NCBI RefSeq assembly: GCF_006345805.1
Contig: NC_043023.1
Coordinates: forward strand, 14,012,001 to 14,076,000
Length of the DNA: 64,000 nt
Source: Octopus sinensis
Taxonomy: Eukaryota
Direction of reading: 5' to 3'
A program made the translations under genes and the position numbers. The notes below the pieces were generated by a model, which made no database searches, was not told the DNA's origin, and saw nothing but the letters and a program-made list of their open reading frames with translations. Shown here in pieces: positions 36,101 to 51,100 of this stretch. Numbering within the stretch: the first letter of the stretch is position 1; the number at the start of each line of letters is the position of its first letter.

Positions 36101-39100
36101 ATGGAACCAGTCCTGCTGCCTCCTTTGGAAAACATTTTGTGCTTACTTTGCCATTGTGGTGTTGTTTGAACTTCTTGTAGTCGTCTCTGAAACGTCAGTT
36201 TCCCCTATTGGAAAACAATTTTTAGCATTTGCTTCCTGATGGAACCAGTCCTGCTGCCTCCTTTGGAAAACATTTTGTGCTTACTTTGCCATTGTGGTGT
36301 TGTTTGAACTTCTTGTAGTCGTCTCTGAAACGTCAGTTTCCCCTATTGAAAAACAATTTTAGCATTTGCTTCCTTGATGGAACCAGTCCTGCTGCCTCCT
36401 TTGGAACACATTTTGTGCTTACTTTGCCATTGTGGTGTTGTTTGAACTTCTTGTAGTCGTCTCTGAAACGTCAGTTTCCCCTATTGGAAAACAATTTTTA
36501 GCATTTGCTTCCTTGATGGAACCAGTCCTGCTGCCTCCTTTGGAAAACATTTTGTGCTTACTTTGCCATTGTGGTGTTGTTTGAACTTCTTGTAGTCGTC
36601 TCTGAAACGTCAGTTTCCCCTATTGGAAAACAATTTTTAGCATTTGCTTCCTTGATGGAACCAGTCCTGCTGCCTCCTTTGGAAAACATTTTGTGCTTAC
36701 TTTGCCATTGTGGTGTTGTTTGAACTTCTTGTAGTCGTCTCTGAAACGTCAGTTTCCCCTATTGGAAAACAATTCTTAGCATTTGCTTCCTTGATGGAAC
36801 CAGTCCTGCTGCCTCCTTTGGAAAACATTTTGTGCTTACTTTGCCATTGTGGTGTTGTTTGAACTTCTTGTAGTCGTCTCTGAAACGTCAGTTTCCCCTA
36901 TTGGAAAACAATTCTTAGCATTTGCTTCCTTGATGGAACCAGTCCTGCTGCCTCCTTTGGAAAACATTTTGTGCTTACTTTGCCATTGTGGTGTTGTTTG
37001 AACTTCTTGTAGTCGTCTCTGAAACGTCAGTTTCCCCTATTGGAAAACAATTCTTAGCATTTGCTTCCTCAATGGAACCAGTCCTGCTGCCTCCTTTGGA
37101 AAACATTTTGTGCTTACTTTGCCATTGTGGTGTTGTTTGAACTTCTTGTAGTCGTCTCTGAAACGTCAGTTTCCCCTATTGGAAAACAATTCTTAGCATT
37201 TGCTTCCTCAATGGAACCAGTCCTGCTGCCTCCTTTGAAACACATGTTGTGCTTACTTTGCCATTGTGGTGTTGTTTGAACTTCTTGTAGTCGTCTCTGA
37301 AACGTCAGTTTCCCCTATTGGAAAACAATTCTTAGCATTTGCTTCCTTGATGGAACCAGTCCTGCTGCCTCCTTTGAAAAACATGTTGTGCTTACTTTGC
37401 CATTGTGGTGTTGTTTGAACTTCTTGTAGTCGTCTCTGAAACGTCAGTTTCCCCTATTGGAAAACAATTCTTAGCATTTGCTTCCTTGATGGAACCAGTC
37501 CTGCTGCCTCCTTTGAAACACATGTTGTGCTTACTTTGCCATTGTGGTGTTGTTTGAACTTCTTGTAGTCGTCTCTGAAACGTCAGTTTCCCCTATTGGA
37601 AAACAATTCTTAGCATTTGCTTCCTTGATGGAACCAGTCCTGCTGCCTCCTTTGAAACACATGTTGTGCTTACTTTGCCATTGTGGTGTTGTTTGAACTT
37701 CTTGTAGTCGTCTCTGAAACGTCAGTTTCCCCTATTGGAAAACAATTCTTAGCATTTGCTTCCTCAATGGAACCAGTCCTGCTGCCTCCTTTGAAACACA
37801 TGTTGTGCTTACTTTGCCATTGTGGTGTTGTTTGAACTTCTTGTAGTCGTCTCTGAAACGTCAGTTTCCCCTATTGGAAAACAATTTTTAGCATTTGCTT
37901 CCTTGATGGAACCAGTCCTGCTGCCTCCTTTGAAACACATGTTGTGCTTACTTTGCCATTGTGGTGTTGTTTGAACTTCTTGTAGTCGTCTCTGAAACGT
38001 CAGTTTCCCCTATTGGAAAACAATTCTTAGCATTTGCTTCCTCAATGGAACCAGTCCTGCTGCCTCCTTTGAAACACATGTTTTGCTTACTTTGCCATTG
38101 TGGTGTTGTTTGAACTTCTTGTAGTCGTCTCTGAAACGTCAGTTTCCCCTATTGGAAAACAATTCTTAGCATTTGCTTCCTCAATGGAACCAGTCCTGCT
38201 GCCTCCTTTGAAAAACATGTTGTGCTTACTTTGCCATTGTGGTGTTGTTTGAACTTCTTGTAGTCGTCTCTGAAACGTCAGTTTCCCCTATTGGAAAACA
38301 ATTCTTAGCATTTGCTTCCTCAATGGAACCAGTCCTGCTGCCTCCTTTGAAACACATGTTGTGCTTACTTTGCCATTGTGGTGTTGTTTGAACTTCTTGT
38401 AGTCGTCTCTGAAACGTCAGTTTCCCCTATTGGAAAACAATTCTTAGCATTTGCTTCCTTGATGGAACCAGTCCTGCTGCCTCCTTTGAAAAACATGTTG
38501 TGCTTACTTTGCCATTGTGGTGTTGTTTGAACTTCTTGTAGTCGTCTCTGAAACGTCAGTTTCCCCTATTGGAAAACAATTCTTAGCATTTGCTTCCTCA
38601 ATGGAACCAGTCCTGCTGCCTCCTTTGAAACACATGTTGTGCTTACTTTGCCATTGTGGTGTTGTTTGAACTTCTTGTAGTCGTCTCTGAAACGTCAGTT
38701 TCCCCTATTGGAAAACAATTCTTAGCATTTGCTTCCTCAATGGAACCAGTCCTGCTGCCTCCTTTGAAACACATGTTGTGCTTACTTTGCCATTGTGGTG
38801 TTGTTTGAACTTCTTGTAGTCGTCTCTGAAACGTCAGTTTCCCCTATTGGAAAACAATTCTTAGCATTTGCTTCCTCAATGGAACCAGTCCTGCTGCCTC
38901 CTTTGAAACACATGTTGTGCTTACTTTGCCATTGTGGTGTTGTTTGAACTTCTTGTAGTCGTCTCTGAAACGTCAGTTTCCCCTATTGGAAAACAATTCT
39001 TAGCATTTGCTTCCTCAATGGAACCAGTCCTGCTGCCTCCTTTGGAAAACATTTTGTGCTTACTTTGCCATTGTGGTGTTGTTTGAACTTCTTGTAGTCG

Positions 39101-42100
39101 TCTCTGAAACGTCAGTTTCCCCTATTGGAAAACAATTCTTAGCATTTGCTTCCTCAATGGAACCAGTCCTGCTGCCTCCTTTGAAAACATGTTGTGCTTA
39201 CTTTGCCATTGTGGTGTTGTTTGAACTTCTTGTAGTCGTCTCTGAAACGTCAGTTTCCCCTATTGGAAAACAATTCTTAGCATTTGCTTCCTCAATGGAA
39301 CCAGTCCTGCTGCCTCCTTTGAAACACATGTTGTGCTTACTTTGCCATTGTGGTGTTGTTTGAACTTCTTGTAGTCGTCTCTGAAACGTCAGTTTCCCCT
39401 ATTGGAAAACAATTCTTAGCATTTGCTTCCTCAATGGAACCAGTCCTGCTGCCTCCTTTGAAACACATGTTGTGCTTACTTTGCCATTGTGGTGTTGTTT
39501 GAACTTCTTGTAGTCGTCTCTGAAACGTCAGTTTCCCCTATTGGAAAACAATTCTTAGCATTTGCTTCCTCAATGGAACCAGTCCTGCTGCCTCCTTTGA
39601 AACACATGTTGTGCTTACTTTGCCATTGTGGTGTTGTTTGAACTTCTTGTAGTCGTCTCTGAAACGTCAGTTTCCCCTATTGGAAAACAATTCTTAGCAT
39701 TTGCTTCCTCAATGGAACCAGTCCTGCTGCCTCCTTTGAAACACATGTTGTGCTTACTTTGCCATTGTGGTGTTGTTTGAACTTCTTGTAGTCGTCTCTG
39801 AAACGTCAGTTTCCCCTATTGGAAAACAATTCTTAGCATTTGCTTCCTCAATGGAACCAGTCCTGCTGCCTCCTTTGAAACACATGTTGTGCTTACTTTG
39901 CCATTGTGGTGTTGTTTGAACTTCTTGTAGTCGTCTCTGAAACGTCAGTTTCCCCTATTGGAAAACAATTCTTAGCATTTGCTTCCTCAATGGAACCAGT
40001 CCTGCTGCCTCCTTTGAAACACATGTTGTGCTTACTTTGCCATTGTGGTGTTGTTTGAACTTCTTGTAGTCGTCTCTGAAACGTCAGTTTCCCCTATTGG
40101 AAAACAATTCTTAGCATTTGCTTCCTCAATGGAACCAGTCCTGCTGCCTCCTTTGAAAACATGTTGTGCTTACTTTGCCATTGTGGTGTTGTTTGAACTT
40201 CTTGTAGTCGTCTCTGAAACGTCAGTTTCCCCTATTGGAAAACAATTCTTAGCATTTGCTTCCTCAATGGAACCAGTCCTGCTGCCTCCTTTGAAAACAT
40301 GTTGTGCTTACTTTGCCATTGTGGTGTTGTTTGAACTTCTTGTAGTCGTCTCTGAAACGTCAGTTTCCCCTATTGGAAAACAATTCTTAGCATTTGCTTC
40401 CTCAATGGAACCAGTCCTGCTGCCTCCTTTGAAAACATGTTGTGCTTACTTTGCCATTGTGGTGTTGTTTGAACTTCTTGTAGTCGTCTCTGAAACGTCA
40501 GTTTCCCCTATTGGAAAACAATTCTTAGCATTTGCTTCCTCAATGGAACCAGTCCTGCTGCCTCCTTTGGAAAACATTTTGTGCTTACTTTGCCATTGTG
40601 GTGTTGTTTGAACTTCTTGTAGTCGTCTCTGAAACGTCAGTTTCCCCTATTGGAAAACAATTCTTAGCATTTGCTTCCTCAATGGAACCAGTCCTGCTGC
40701 CTCCTTTGAAAACATTGTGCTTACTTTGCCATTGTGGTGTTGTTTGAACTTCTTGTAGTCGTCTCTGAAACGTCAGTTTCCCCTATTGGAAAACAATTCT
40801 TAGCATTTGCTTCCTCAATGGAACCAGTCCTGCTGCCTCCTTTGAAACACATGTTGTGCTTACTTTGCCATTGTGGTGTTGTTTGAACTTCTTGTAGTCG
40901 TCTCTGAAACGTCAGTTTCCCCTATTGGAAAACAATTCTTAGCATTTGCTTCCTCAATGGAACCAGTCCTGCTGCCTCCTTTGAAACACATTTGTGCTTA
41001 CTTTGCCATTGTGGTGTTGTTTGAACTTCTTGTAGTCGTCTCTGAAACGTCAGTTTCCCCTATTGGAAAACAATTCTTAGCATTTGCTTCCTCAATGGAA
41101 CCAGTCCTGCTGCCTCCTTTGAAAACATTTGTGCTTACTTTGCCATTGTGGTGTTGTTTGAACTTCTTGTAGTCGTCTCTGAAACGTCAGTTTCCCCTAT
41201 TGGAAAACAATTCTTAGCATTTGCTTCCTCAATGGAACCAGTCCTGCTGCCTCCTTTGAAAACATGTTGTGCTTACTTTGCCATTGTGGTGTTGTTTGAA
41301 CTTCTTGTAGTCGTCTCTGAAACGTCAGTTTCCCCTATTGGAAAACAATTCTTAGCATTTGCTTCCTCAATGGAACCAGTCCTGCTGCCTCCTTTGAAAA
41401 CATGTTGTGCTTACTTTGCCATTGTGGTGTTGTTTGAACTTCTTGTAGTCGTCTCTGAAACGTCAGTTTCCCCTATTGGAAAACAATTCTTAGCATTTGC
41501 TTCCTCAATGGAACCAGTCCTGCTGCCTCCTTTGAAACACATGTTGTGCTTACTTTGCCATTGTGGTGTTGTTTGAACTTCTTGTAGTCGTCTCTGAAAC
41601 GTCAGTTTCCCCTATTGGAAAACAATTCTTAGCATTTGCTTCCTCAAAGGAACCAGTCCTGCTGCCTCCTTTGAAAACATGTTGTGCTTACTTTGCCATT
41701 GTGGTGTTGTTTGAACTTCTTGTAGTCGTCTCTGAAACGTCAGTTTCCCCTATTGGAAAACAATTCTTAGCATTTGCTTCCTCAATGGAACCAGTCCTGC
41801 TGCCTCCTTTGAAAACATTTGTGCTTACTTTGCCATTGTGGTGTTGTTTGAACTTCTTGTAGTCGTCTCTGAAACGTCAGTTTCCCCTATTGGAAAACAA
41901 TTCTTAGCATTTGCTTCCTCAATGGAACCAGTCCTGCTGCCTCCTTTGGAAAACATTTTGTGCTTACTTTGCCATTGTGGTGTTGTTTGAACTTCTTGTA
42001 GTCGTCTCTGAAACGTCAGTTTCCCCTATTGGAAAACAATTCTTAGCATTTGCTTCCTCAATGGAACCAGTCCTGCTGCCTCCTTTGAAACACATGTTGT

Positions 42101-45100
42101 GCTTACTTTGCCATTGTGGTGTTGTTTGAACTTCTTGTAGTCGTCTCTGAAACGTCAGTTTCCCCTATTGGAAAACAATTCTTAGCATTTGCTTCCTCAA
42201 TGGAACCAGTCCTGCTGCCTCCTTTGAAACACATGTTGTGCTTACTTTGCCATTGTGGTGTTGTTTGAACTTCTTGTAGTCGTCTCTGAAACGTCAGTTT
42301 CCCCTATTGGAAAACAATTCTTAGCATTTGCTTCCTCAATGGAACCAGTCCTGCTGCCTCCTTTGAAAACATTTGTGCTTACTTTGCCATTGTGGTGTTG
42401 TTTGAACTTCTTGTAGTCGTCTCTGAAACGTCAGTTTCCCCTATTGGAAAACAATTCTTAGCATTTGCTTCCTCATGGAACCAGTCCTGCTGCCTCCTTT
42501 GAAAACATGTTGTGCTTACTTTGCCATTGTGGTGTTGTTTGAACTTCTTGTAGTCGTCTCTGAAACGTCAGTTTCCCCTATTGGAAAACAATTCTTAGCA
42601 TTTGCTTCCTCAATGGAACCAGTCCTGCTGCCTCCTTTGGAAACACATGTTGTGCTTACTTTGCCATTGTGGTGTTGTTTGAACTTCTTGTAGTCGTCTC
42701 TGAAACGTCAGTTTCCCCTATTGGAAAACAATTCTTAGCATTTGCTTCCTCAATGGAACCAGTCCTGCTGCCTCCTTTGAAAACATGTTGTGCTTACTTT
42801 GCCATTGTGGTGTTGTTTGAACTTCTTGTAGTCGTCTCTGAAACGTCAGTTTCCCCTATTGGAAAACAATTCTTAGCATTTGCTTCCTCAATGGAACCAG
42901 TCCTGCTGCCTCCTTTGAAAACATGTTGTGCTTACTTTGCCATTGTGGTGTTGTTTGAACTTCTTGTAGTCGTCTCTGAAACGTCAGTTTCCCCTATTGG
43001 AAAACAATTCTTAGCATTTGCTTCCTCAATGGAACCAGTCCTGCTGCCTCCTTTGAAAACATGTTGTGCTTACTTTGCCATTGTGGTGTTGTTTGAACTT
43101 CTTGTAGTCGTCTCTGAAACGTCAGTTTCCCCTATTGGAAAACAATTCTTAGCATTTGCTTCCTCAATGGAACCAGTCCTGCTGCCTCCTTTGAAAACAT
43201 GTTGTGCTTACTTTGCCATTGTGGTGTTGTTTGAACTTCTTGTAGTCGTCTCTGAAACGTCAGTTTCCCCTATTGGAAAACAATTCTTAGCATTTGCTTC
43301 CTCAATGGAACCAGTCCTGCTGCCTCCTTTGAAACACATGTTGTGCTTACTTTGCCATTGTGGTGTTGTTTGAACTTCTTGTAGTCGTCTCTGAAACGTC
43401 AGTTTCCCCTATTGGAAAACAATTCTTAGCATTTGCTTCCTCAATGGAACCAGTCCTGCTGCCTCCTTTGAAAACATGTTGTGCTTACTTTGCCATTGTG
43501 GTGTTGTTTGAACTTCTTGTAGTCGTCTCTGAAACGTCAGTTTCCCCTATTGGAAAACAATTCTTAGCATTTGCTTCCTCAATGGAACCAGTCCTGCTGC
43601 CTCCTTTGAAAACATGTTGTGCTTACTTTGCCATTGTGGTGTTGTTTGAACTTCTTGTAGTCGTCTCTGAAACGTCAGTTTCCCCTATTGGAAAACAATT
43701 CTTAGCATTTGCTTCCTCAATGGAACCAGTCCTGCTGCCTCCTTTGAAAACATGTTGTGCTTACTTTGCCATTGTGGTGTTGTTTGAACTTCTTGTAGTC
43801 GTCTCTGAAACGTCAGTTTCCCCTATTGGAAAACAATTCTTAGCATTTGCTTCCTCAATGGAACCAGTCCTGCTGCCTCCTTTGAAACACATGTTGTGCT
43901 TACTTTGCCATTGTGGTGTTGTTTGAACTTCTTGTAGTCGTCTCTGAAACGTCAGTTTCCCCTATTGGAAAACAATTCTTAGCATTTGCTTCCTCAATGG
44001 AACCAGTCCTGCTGCCTCCTTTGAAAACATGTTTGTGCTTACTTTGCCATTGTGGTGTTGTTTGAACTTCTTGTAGTCGTCTCTGAAACGTCAGTTTCCC
44101 CTATTGGAAAACAATTCTTAGCATTTGCTTCCTCAATGGAACCAGTCCTGCTGCCTCCTTTGAAAACATTTGTGCTTACTTTGCCATTGTGGTGTTGTTT
44201 GAACTTCTTGTAGTCGTCTCTGAAACGTCAGTTTCCCCTATTGGAAAACAATTCTTAGCATTTGCTTCCTCAATGGAACCAGTCCTGCTGCCTCCTTTGA
44301 AAACATTTTGTGCTTACTTTGCCATTGTGGTGTTGTTTGAACTTCTTGTAGTCGTCTCTGAAACGTCAGTTTCCCCTATTGGAAAACAATTCTTAGCATT
44401 TGCTTCCTCAATGGAACCAGTCCTGCTGCCTCCTTTGAAAACATTTTGTGCTTACTTTGCCATTGTGGTGTTGTTTGAACTTCTTGTAGTCGTCTCTGAA
44501 ACGTCAGTTTCCCCTATTGGAAAACAATTCTTAGCATTTGCTTCCTCAATGGAACCAGTCCTGCTGCCTCCTTTGAAAACATTTGTGCTTACTTTGCCAT
44601 TGTGGTGTTGTTTGAACTTCTTGTAGTCGTCTCTGAAACGTCAGTTTCCCCTATTGGAAAACAATTCTTAGCATTTGCTTCCTCAATGGAACCAGTCCTG
44701 CTGCCTCCTTTGAAAACATGTTGTGCTTACTTTGCCATTGTGGTGTTGTTTGAACTTCTTGTAGTCGTCTCTGAAACGTCAGTTTCCCCTATTGGAAAAC
44801 AATTCTTAGCATTTGCTTCCTCAATGGAACCAGTCCTGCTGCCTCCTTTGAAAACATTTTGTGCTTACTTTGCCATTGTGGTGTTGTTTGAACTTCTTGT
44901 AGTCGTCTCTGAAACGTCAGTTTCCCCTATTGGAAAACAATTCTTAGCATTTGCTTCCTCAATGGAACCAGTCCTGCTGCCTCCTTTGAAAACATTTGTG
45001 CTTACTTTGCCATTGTGGTGTTGTTTGAACTTCTTGTAGTCGTCTCTGAAACGTCAGTTTCCCCTATTGGAAAACAATTCTTAGCATTTGCTTCCTCAAT

Positions 45101-48100
45101 GGAACCAGTCCTGCTGCCTCCTTTGAAAACATTTTGTGCTTACTTTGCCATTGTGGTGTTGTTTGAACTTCTTGTAGTCGTCTCTGAAACGTCAGTTTCC
45201 CCTATTGGAAAACAATTCTTAGCATTTGCTTCCTCAATGGAACCAGTCCTGCTGCCTCCTTTGAAAACATGTTTGTGCTTACTTTGCCATTGTGGTGTTG
45301 TTTGAACTTCTTGTAGTCGTCTCTGAAACGTCAGTTTCCCCTATTGGAAAACAATTCTTAGCATTTGCTTCCTCAATGGAACCAGTCCTGCTGCCTCCTT
45401 TGGAAAACATTTTGTGCTTACTTTGCCATTGTGGTGTTGTTTGAACTTCTTGTAGTCGTCTCTGAAACGTCAGTTTCCCCTATTGGAAAACAATTCTTAG
45501 CATTTGCTTCCTCAATGGAACCAGTCCTGCTGCCTCCTTTGAAACACATGTTGTGCTTACTTTGCCATTGTGGTGTTGTTTGAACTTCTTGTAGTCGTCT
45601 CTGAAACGTCAGTTTCCCCTATTGGAAAACAATTCTTAGCATTTGCTTCCTCAATGGAACCAGTCCTGCTGCCTCCTTTGAAAACATTTGTGCTTACTTT
45701 GCCATTGTGGTGTTGTTTGAACTTCTTGTAGTCGTCTCTGAAACGTCAGTTTCCCCTATTGGAAAACAATTCTTAGCATTTGCTTCCTCAATGGAACCAG
45801 TCCTGCTGCCTCCTTTGAAAACATTTTGTGCTTACTTTGCCATTGTGGTGTTGTTTGAACTTCTTGTAGTCGTCTCTGAAACGTCAGTTTCCCCTATTGG
45901 AAAACAATTCTTAGCATTTGCTTCCTCAATGGAACCAGTCCTGCTGCCTCCTTTGGAAACACATTTGTGCTTACTTTGCCATTGTGGTGTTGTTTGAACT
46001 TCTTGTAGTCGTCTCTGAAACGTCAGTTTCCCCTATTGGAAAACAATTCTTAGCATTTGCTTCCTCAATGGAACCAGTCCTGCTGCCTCCTTTGAAAACA
46101 CATGTTGTGCTTACTTTGCCATTGTGGTGTTGTTTGAACTTCTTGTAGTCGTCTCTGAAACGTCAGTTTCCCCTATTGGAAAACAATTCTTAGCATTTGC
46201 TTCCTCAATGGAACCAGTCCTGCTGCCTCCTTTGGAAAACATTTTGTGCTTACTTTGCCATTGTGGTGTTGTTTGAACTTCTTGTAGTCGTCTCTGAAAC
46301 GTCAGTTTCCCCTATTGGAAAACAATTCTTAGCATTTGCTTCCTCAATGGAACCAGTCCTGCTGCCTCCTTTGGAAAACATTTTGTGCTTACTTTGCCAT
46401 TGTGGTGTTGTTTGAACTTCTTGTAGTCGTCTCTGAAACGTCAGTTTCCCCTATTGGAAAACAATTCTTAGCATTTGCTTCCTCAATGGAACCAGTCCTG
46501 CTGCCTCCTTTGAAAACATTTTGTGCTTACTTTGCCATTGTGGTGTTGTTTGAACTTCTTGTAGTCGTCTCTGAAACGTCAGTTTCCCCTATTGGAAAAC
46601 AATTCTTAGCATTTGCTTCCTCAATGGAACCAGTCCTGCTGCCTCCTTTGAAAACATTTGTGCTTACTTTGCCATTGTGGTGTTGTTTGAACTTCTTGTA
46701 GTCGTCTCTGAAACGTCAGTTTCCCCTATTGGAAAACAATTCTTAGCATTTGCTTCCTCAATGGAACCAGTCCTGCTGCCTCCTTTGAAAACATTTGTGC
46801 TTACTTTGCCATTGTGGTGTTGTTTGAACTTCTTGTAGTCGTCTCTGAAACGTCAGTTTCCCCTATTGGAAAACAATTCTTAGCATTTGCTTCCTCAATG
46901 GAACCAGTCCTGCTGCCTCCTTTGAAACACATGTTGTGCTTACTTTGCCATTGTGGTGTTGTTTGAACTTCTTGTAGTCGTCTCTGAAACGTCAGTTTCC
47001 CCTATTGGAAAACAATTCTTAGCATTTGCTTCCTCAATGGAACCAGTCCTGCTGCCTCCTTTGAAAACATGTTGTGCTTACTTTGCCATTGTGGTGTTGT
47101 TTGAACTTCTTGTAGTCGTCTCTGAAACGTCAGTTTCCCCTATTGGAAAACAATTCTTAGCATTTGCTTCCTCAATGGAACCAGTCCTGCTGCCTCCTTT
47201 GAAACACATGTTTGTGCTTACTTTGCCATTGTGGTGTTGTTTGAACTTCTTGTAGTCGTCTCTGAAACGTCAGTTTCCCCTATTGGAAAACAATTCTTAG
47301 CATTTGCTTCCTCAATGGAACCAGTCCTGCTGCCTCCTTTGAAAACATTTGTGCTTACTTTGCCATTGTGGTGTTGTTTGAACTTCTTGTAGTCGTCTCT
47401 GAAACGTCAGTTTCCCCTATTGGAAAACAATTCTTAGCATTTGCTTCCTCAATGGAACCAGTCCTGCTGCCTCCTTTGGAAAAACATTTTGTGCTTACTT
47501 TGCCATTGTGGTGTTGTTTGAACTTCTTGTAGTCGTCTCTGAAACGTCAGTTTCCCCTATTGGAAAACAATTCTTAGCATTTGCTTCCTCAATGGAACCA
47601 GTCCTGCTGCCTCCTTTGGAAAACATTTGTGCTTACTTTGCCATTGTGGTGTTGTTTGAACTTCTTGTAGTCGTCTCTGAAACGTCAGTTTCCCCTATTG
47701 GAAAACAATTCTTAGCATTTGCTTCCTCAATGGAACCAGTCCTGCTGCCTCCTTTGGAAAACATTTTGTGCTTACTTTGCCATTGTGGTGTTGTTTGAAC
47801 TTCTTGTAGTCGTCTCTGAAACGTCAGTTTCCCCTATTGGAAAACAATTCTTAGCATTTGCTTCCTCAATGGAACCAGTCCTGCTGCCTCCTTTGGAAAA
47901 CATTTTGTGCTTACTTTGCCATTGTGGTGTTGTTTGAACTTCTTGTAGTCGTCTCTGAAACGTCAGTTTCCCCTATTGGAAAACAATTCTTAGCATTTGC
48001 TTCCTCAATGGAACCAGTCCTGCTGCCTCCTTTGAAAACATTTTGTGCTTACTTTGCCATTGTGGTGTTGTTTGAACTTCTTGTAGTCGTCTCTGAAACG

Positions 48101-51100
48101 TCAGTTTCCCCTATTGGAAAACAATTCTTAGCATTTGCTTCCTCAATGGAACCAGTCCTGCTGCCTCCTTTGGAAAACATTTGTGCTTACTTTGCCATTG
48201 TGGTGTTGTTTGAACTTCTTGTAGTCGTCTCTGAAACGTCAGTTTCCCCTATTGGAAAACAATTCTTAGCATTTGCTTCCTCAATGGAACCAGTCCTGCT
48301 GCCTCCTTTGGAAAACATTTTGTGCTTACTTTGCCATTGTGGTGTTGTTTGAACTTCTTGTAGTCGTCTCTGAAACGTCAGTTTCCCCTATTGGAAAACA
48401 ATTCTTAGCATTTGCTTCCTCAATGGAACCAGTCCTGCTGCCTCCTTTGGAAACACATTTGTGCTTACTTTGCCATTGTGGTGTTGTTTGAACTTCTTGT
48501 AGTCGTCTCTGAAACGTCAGTTTCCCCTATTGGAAAACAATTCTTAGCATTTGCTTCCTCAATGGAACCAGTCCTGCTGCCTCCTTTGGAAAACATTTGT
48601 GCTTACTTTGCCATTGTGGTGTTGTTTGAACTTCTTGTAGTCGTCTCTGAAACGTCAGTTTCCCCTATTGGAAAACAATTCTTAGCATTTGCTTCCTCAA
48701 TGGAACCAGTCCTGCTGCCTCCTTTGGAAAACATTTTGTGCTTACTTTGCCATTGTGGTGTTGTTTGAACTTCTTGTAGTCGTCTCTGAAACGTCAGTTT
48801 CCCCTATTGGAAAACAATTCTTAGCATTTGCTTCCTCAATGGAACCAGTCCTGCTGCCTCCTTTGGAAAACATTTTGTGCTTACTTTGCCATTGTGGTGT
48901 TGTTTGAACTTCTTGTAGTCGTCTCTGAAACGTCAGTTTCCCCTATTGGAAAACAATTCTTAGCATTTGCTTCCTCAATGGAACCAGTCCTGCTGCCTCC
49001 TTTGGAAAACATTTTGTGCTTACTTTGCCATTGTGGTGTTGTTTGAACTTCTTGTAGTCGTCTCTGAAACGTCAGTTTCCCCTATTGGAAAACAATTCTT
49101 AGCATTTGCTTCCTCAATGGAACCAGTCCTGCTGCCTCCTTTGGAAAACATTTTGTGCTTACTTTGCCATTGTGGTGTTGTTTGAACTTCTTGTAGTCGT
49201 CTCTGAAACGTCAGTTTCCCCTATTGGAAAACAATTCTTAGCATTTGCTTCCTCAATGGAACCAGTCCTGCTGCCTCCTTTGGAAAACATTTTGTGCTTA
49301 CTTTGCCATTGTGGTGTTGTTTGAACTTCTTGTAGTCGTCTCTGAAACGTCAGTTTCCCCTATTGGAAAACAATTCTTAGCATTTGCTTCCTCAATGGAA
49401 CCAGTCCTGCTGCCTCCTTTGGAAAACATTTTGTGCTTACTTTGCCATTGTGGTGTTGTTTGAACTTCTTGTAGTCGTCTCTGAAACGTCAGTTTCCCCT
49501 ATTGGAAAACAATTCTTAGCATTTGCTTCCTCAATGGAACCAGTCCTGCTGCCTCCTTTGGAAAACATTTTGTGCTTACTTTGCCATTGTGGTGTTGTTT
49601 GAACTTCTTGTAGTCGTCTCTGAAACGTCAGTTTCCCCTATTGGAAAACAATTCTTAGCATTTGCTTCCTCAATGGAACCAGTCCTGCTGCCTCCTTTGG
49701 AAAACATTTGTGCTTACTTTGCCATTGTGGTGTTGTTTGAACTTCTTGTAGTCGTCTCTGAAACGTCAGTTTCCCCTATTGGAAAACAATTCTTAGCATT
49801 TGCTTCCTCAATGGAACCAGTCCTGCTGCCTCCTTTGGAAAACATTTTGTGCTTACTTTGCCATTGTGGTGTTGTTTGAACTTCTTGTAGTCGTCTCTGA
49901 AACGTCAGTTTCCCCTATTGGAAAACAATTCTTAGCATTTGCTTCCTCAATGGAACCAGTCCTGCTGCCTCCTTTGGAAAACATTTTGTGCTTACTTTGC
50001 CATTGTGGTGTTGTTTGAACTTCTTGTAGTCGTCTCTGAAACGTCAGTTTCCCCTATTGGAAAACAATTCTTAGCATTTGCTTCCTCAATGGAACCAGTC
50101 CTGCTGCCTCCTTTGGAAAACATTTTGTGCTTACTTTGCCATTGTGGTGTTGTTTGAACTTCTTGTAGTCGTCTCTGAAACGTCAGTTTCCCCTATTGGA
50201 AAACAATTCTTAGCATTTGCTTCCTCAATGGAACCAGTCCTGCTGCCTCCTTTGGAAAACATTTTGTGCTTACTTTGCCATTGTGGTGTTGTTTGAACTT
50301 CTTGTAGTCGTCTCTGAAACGTCAGTTTCCCCTATTGGAAAACAATTCTTAGCATTTGCTTCCTCAATGGAACCAGTCCTGCTGCCTCCTTTGGAAAACA
50401 TTTGTGCTTACTTTGCCATTGTGGTGTTGTTTGAACTTCTTGTAGTCGTCTCTGAAACGTCAGTTTCCCCTATTGGAAAACAATTCTTAGCATTTGCTTC
50501 CTCAATGGAACCAGTCCTGCTGCCTCCTTTGGAAAACATTTTGTGCTTACTTTGCCATTGTGGTGTTGTTTGAACTTCTTGTAGTCGTCTCTGAAACGTC
50601 AGTTTCCCCTATTGGAAAACAATTCTTAGCATTTGCTTCCTCAATGGAACCAGTCCTGCTGCCTCCTTTGGAAAAACATTTTGTGCTTACTTTGCCATTG
50701 TGGTGTTGTTTGAACTTCTTGTAGTCGTCTCTGAAACGTCAGTTTCCCCTATTGGAAAACAATTCTTAGCATTTGCTTCCTCAATGGAACCAGTCCTGCT
50801 GCCTCCTTTGGAAAACATTTTGTGCTTACTTTGCCATTGTGGTGTTGTTTGAACTTCTTGTAGTCGTCTCTGAAACGTCAGTTTCCCCTATTGGAAAACA
50901 ATTCTTAGCATTTGCTTCCTCAATGGAACCAGTCCTGCTGCCTCCTTTGGAAAACATTTTGTGCTTACTTTGCCATTGTGGTGTTGTTTGAACTTCTTGT
51001 AGTCGTCTCTGAAACGTCAGTTTCCCCTATTGGAAAACAATTCTTAGCATTTGCTTCCTCAATGGAACCAGTCCTGCTGCCTCCTTTGGAAAACATTTTG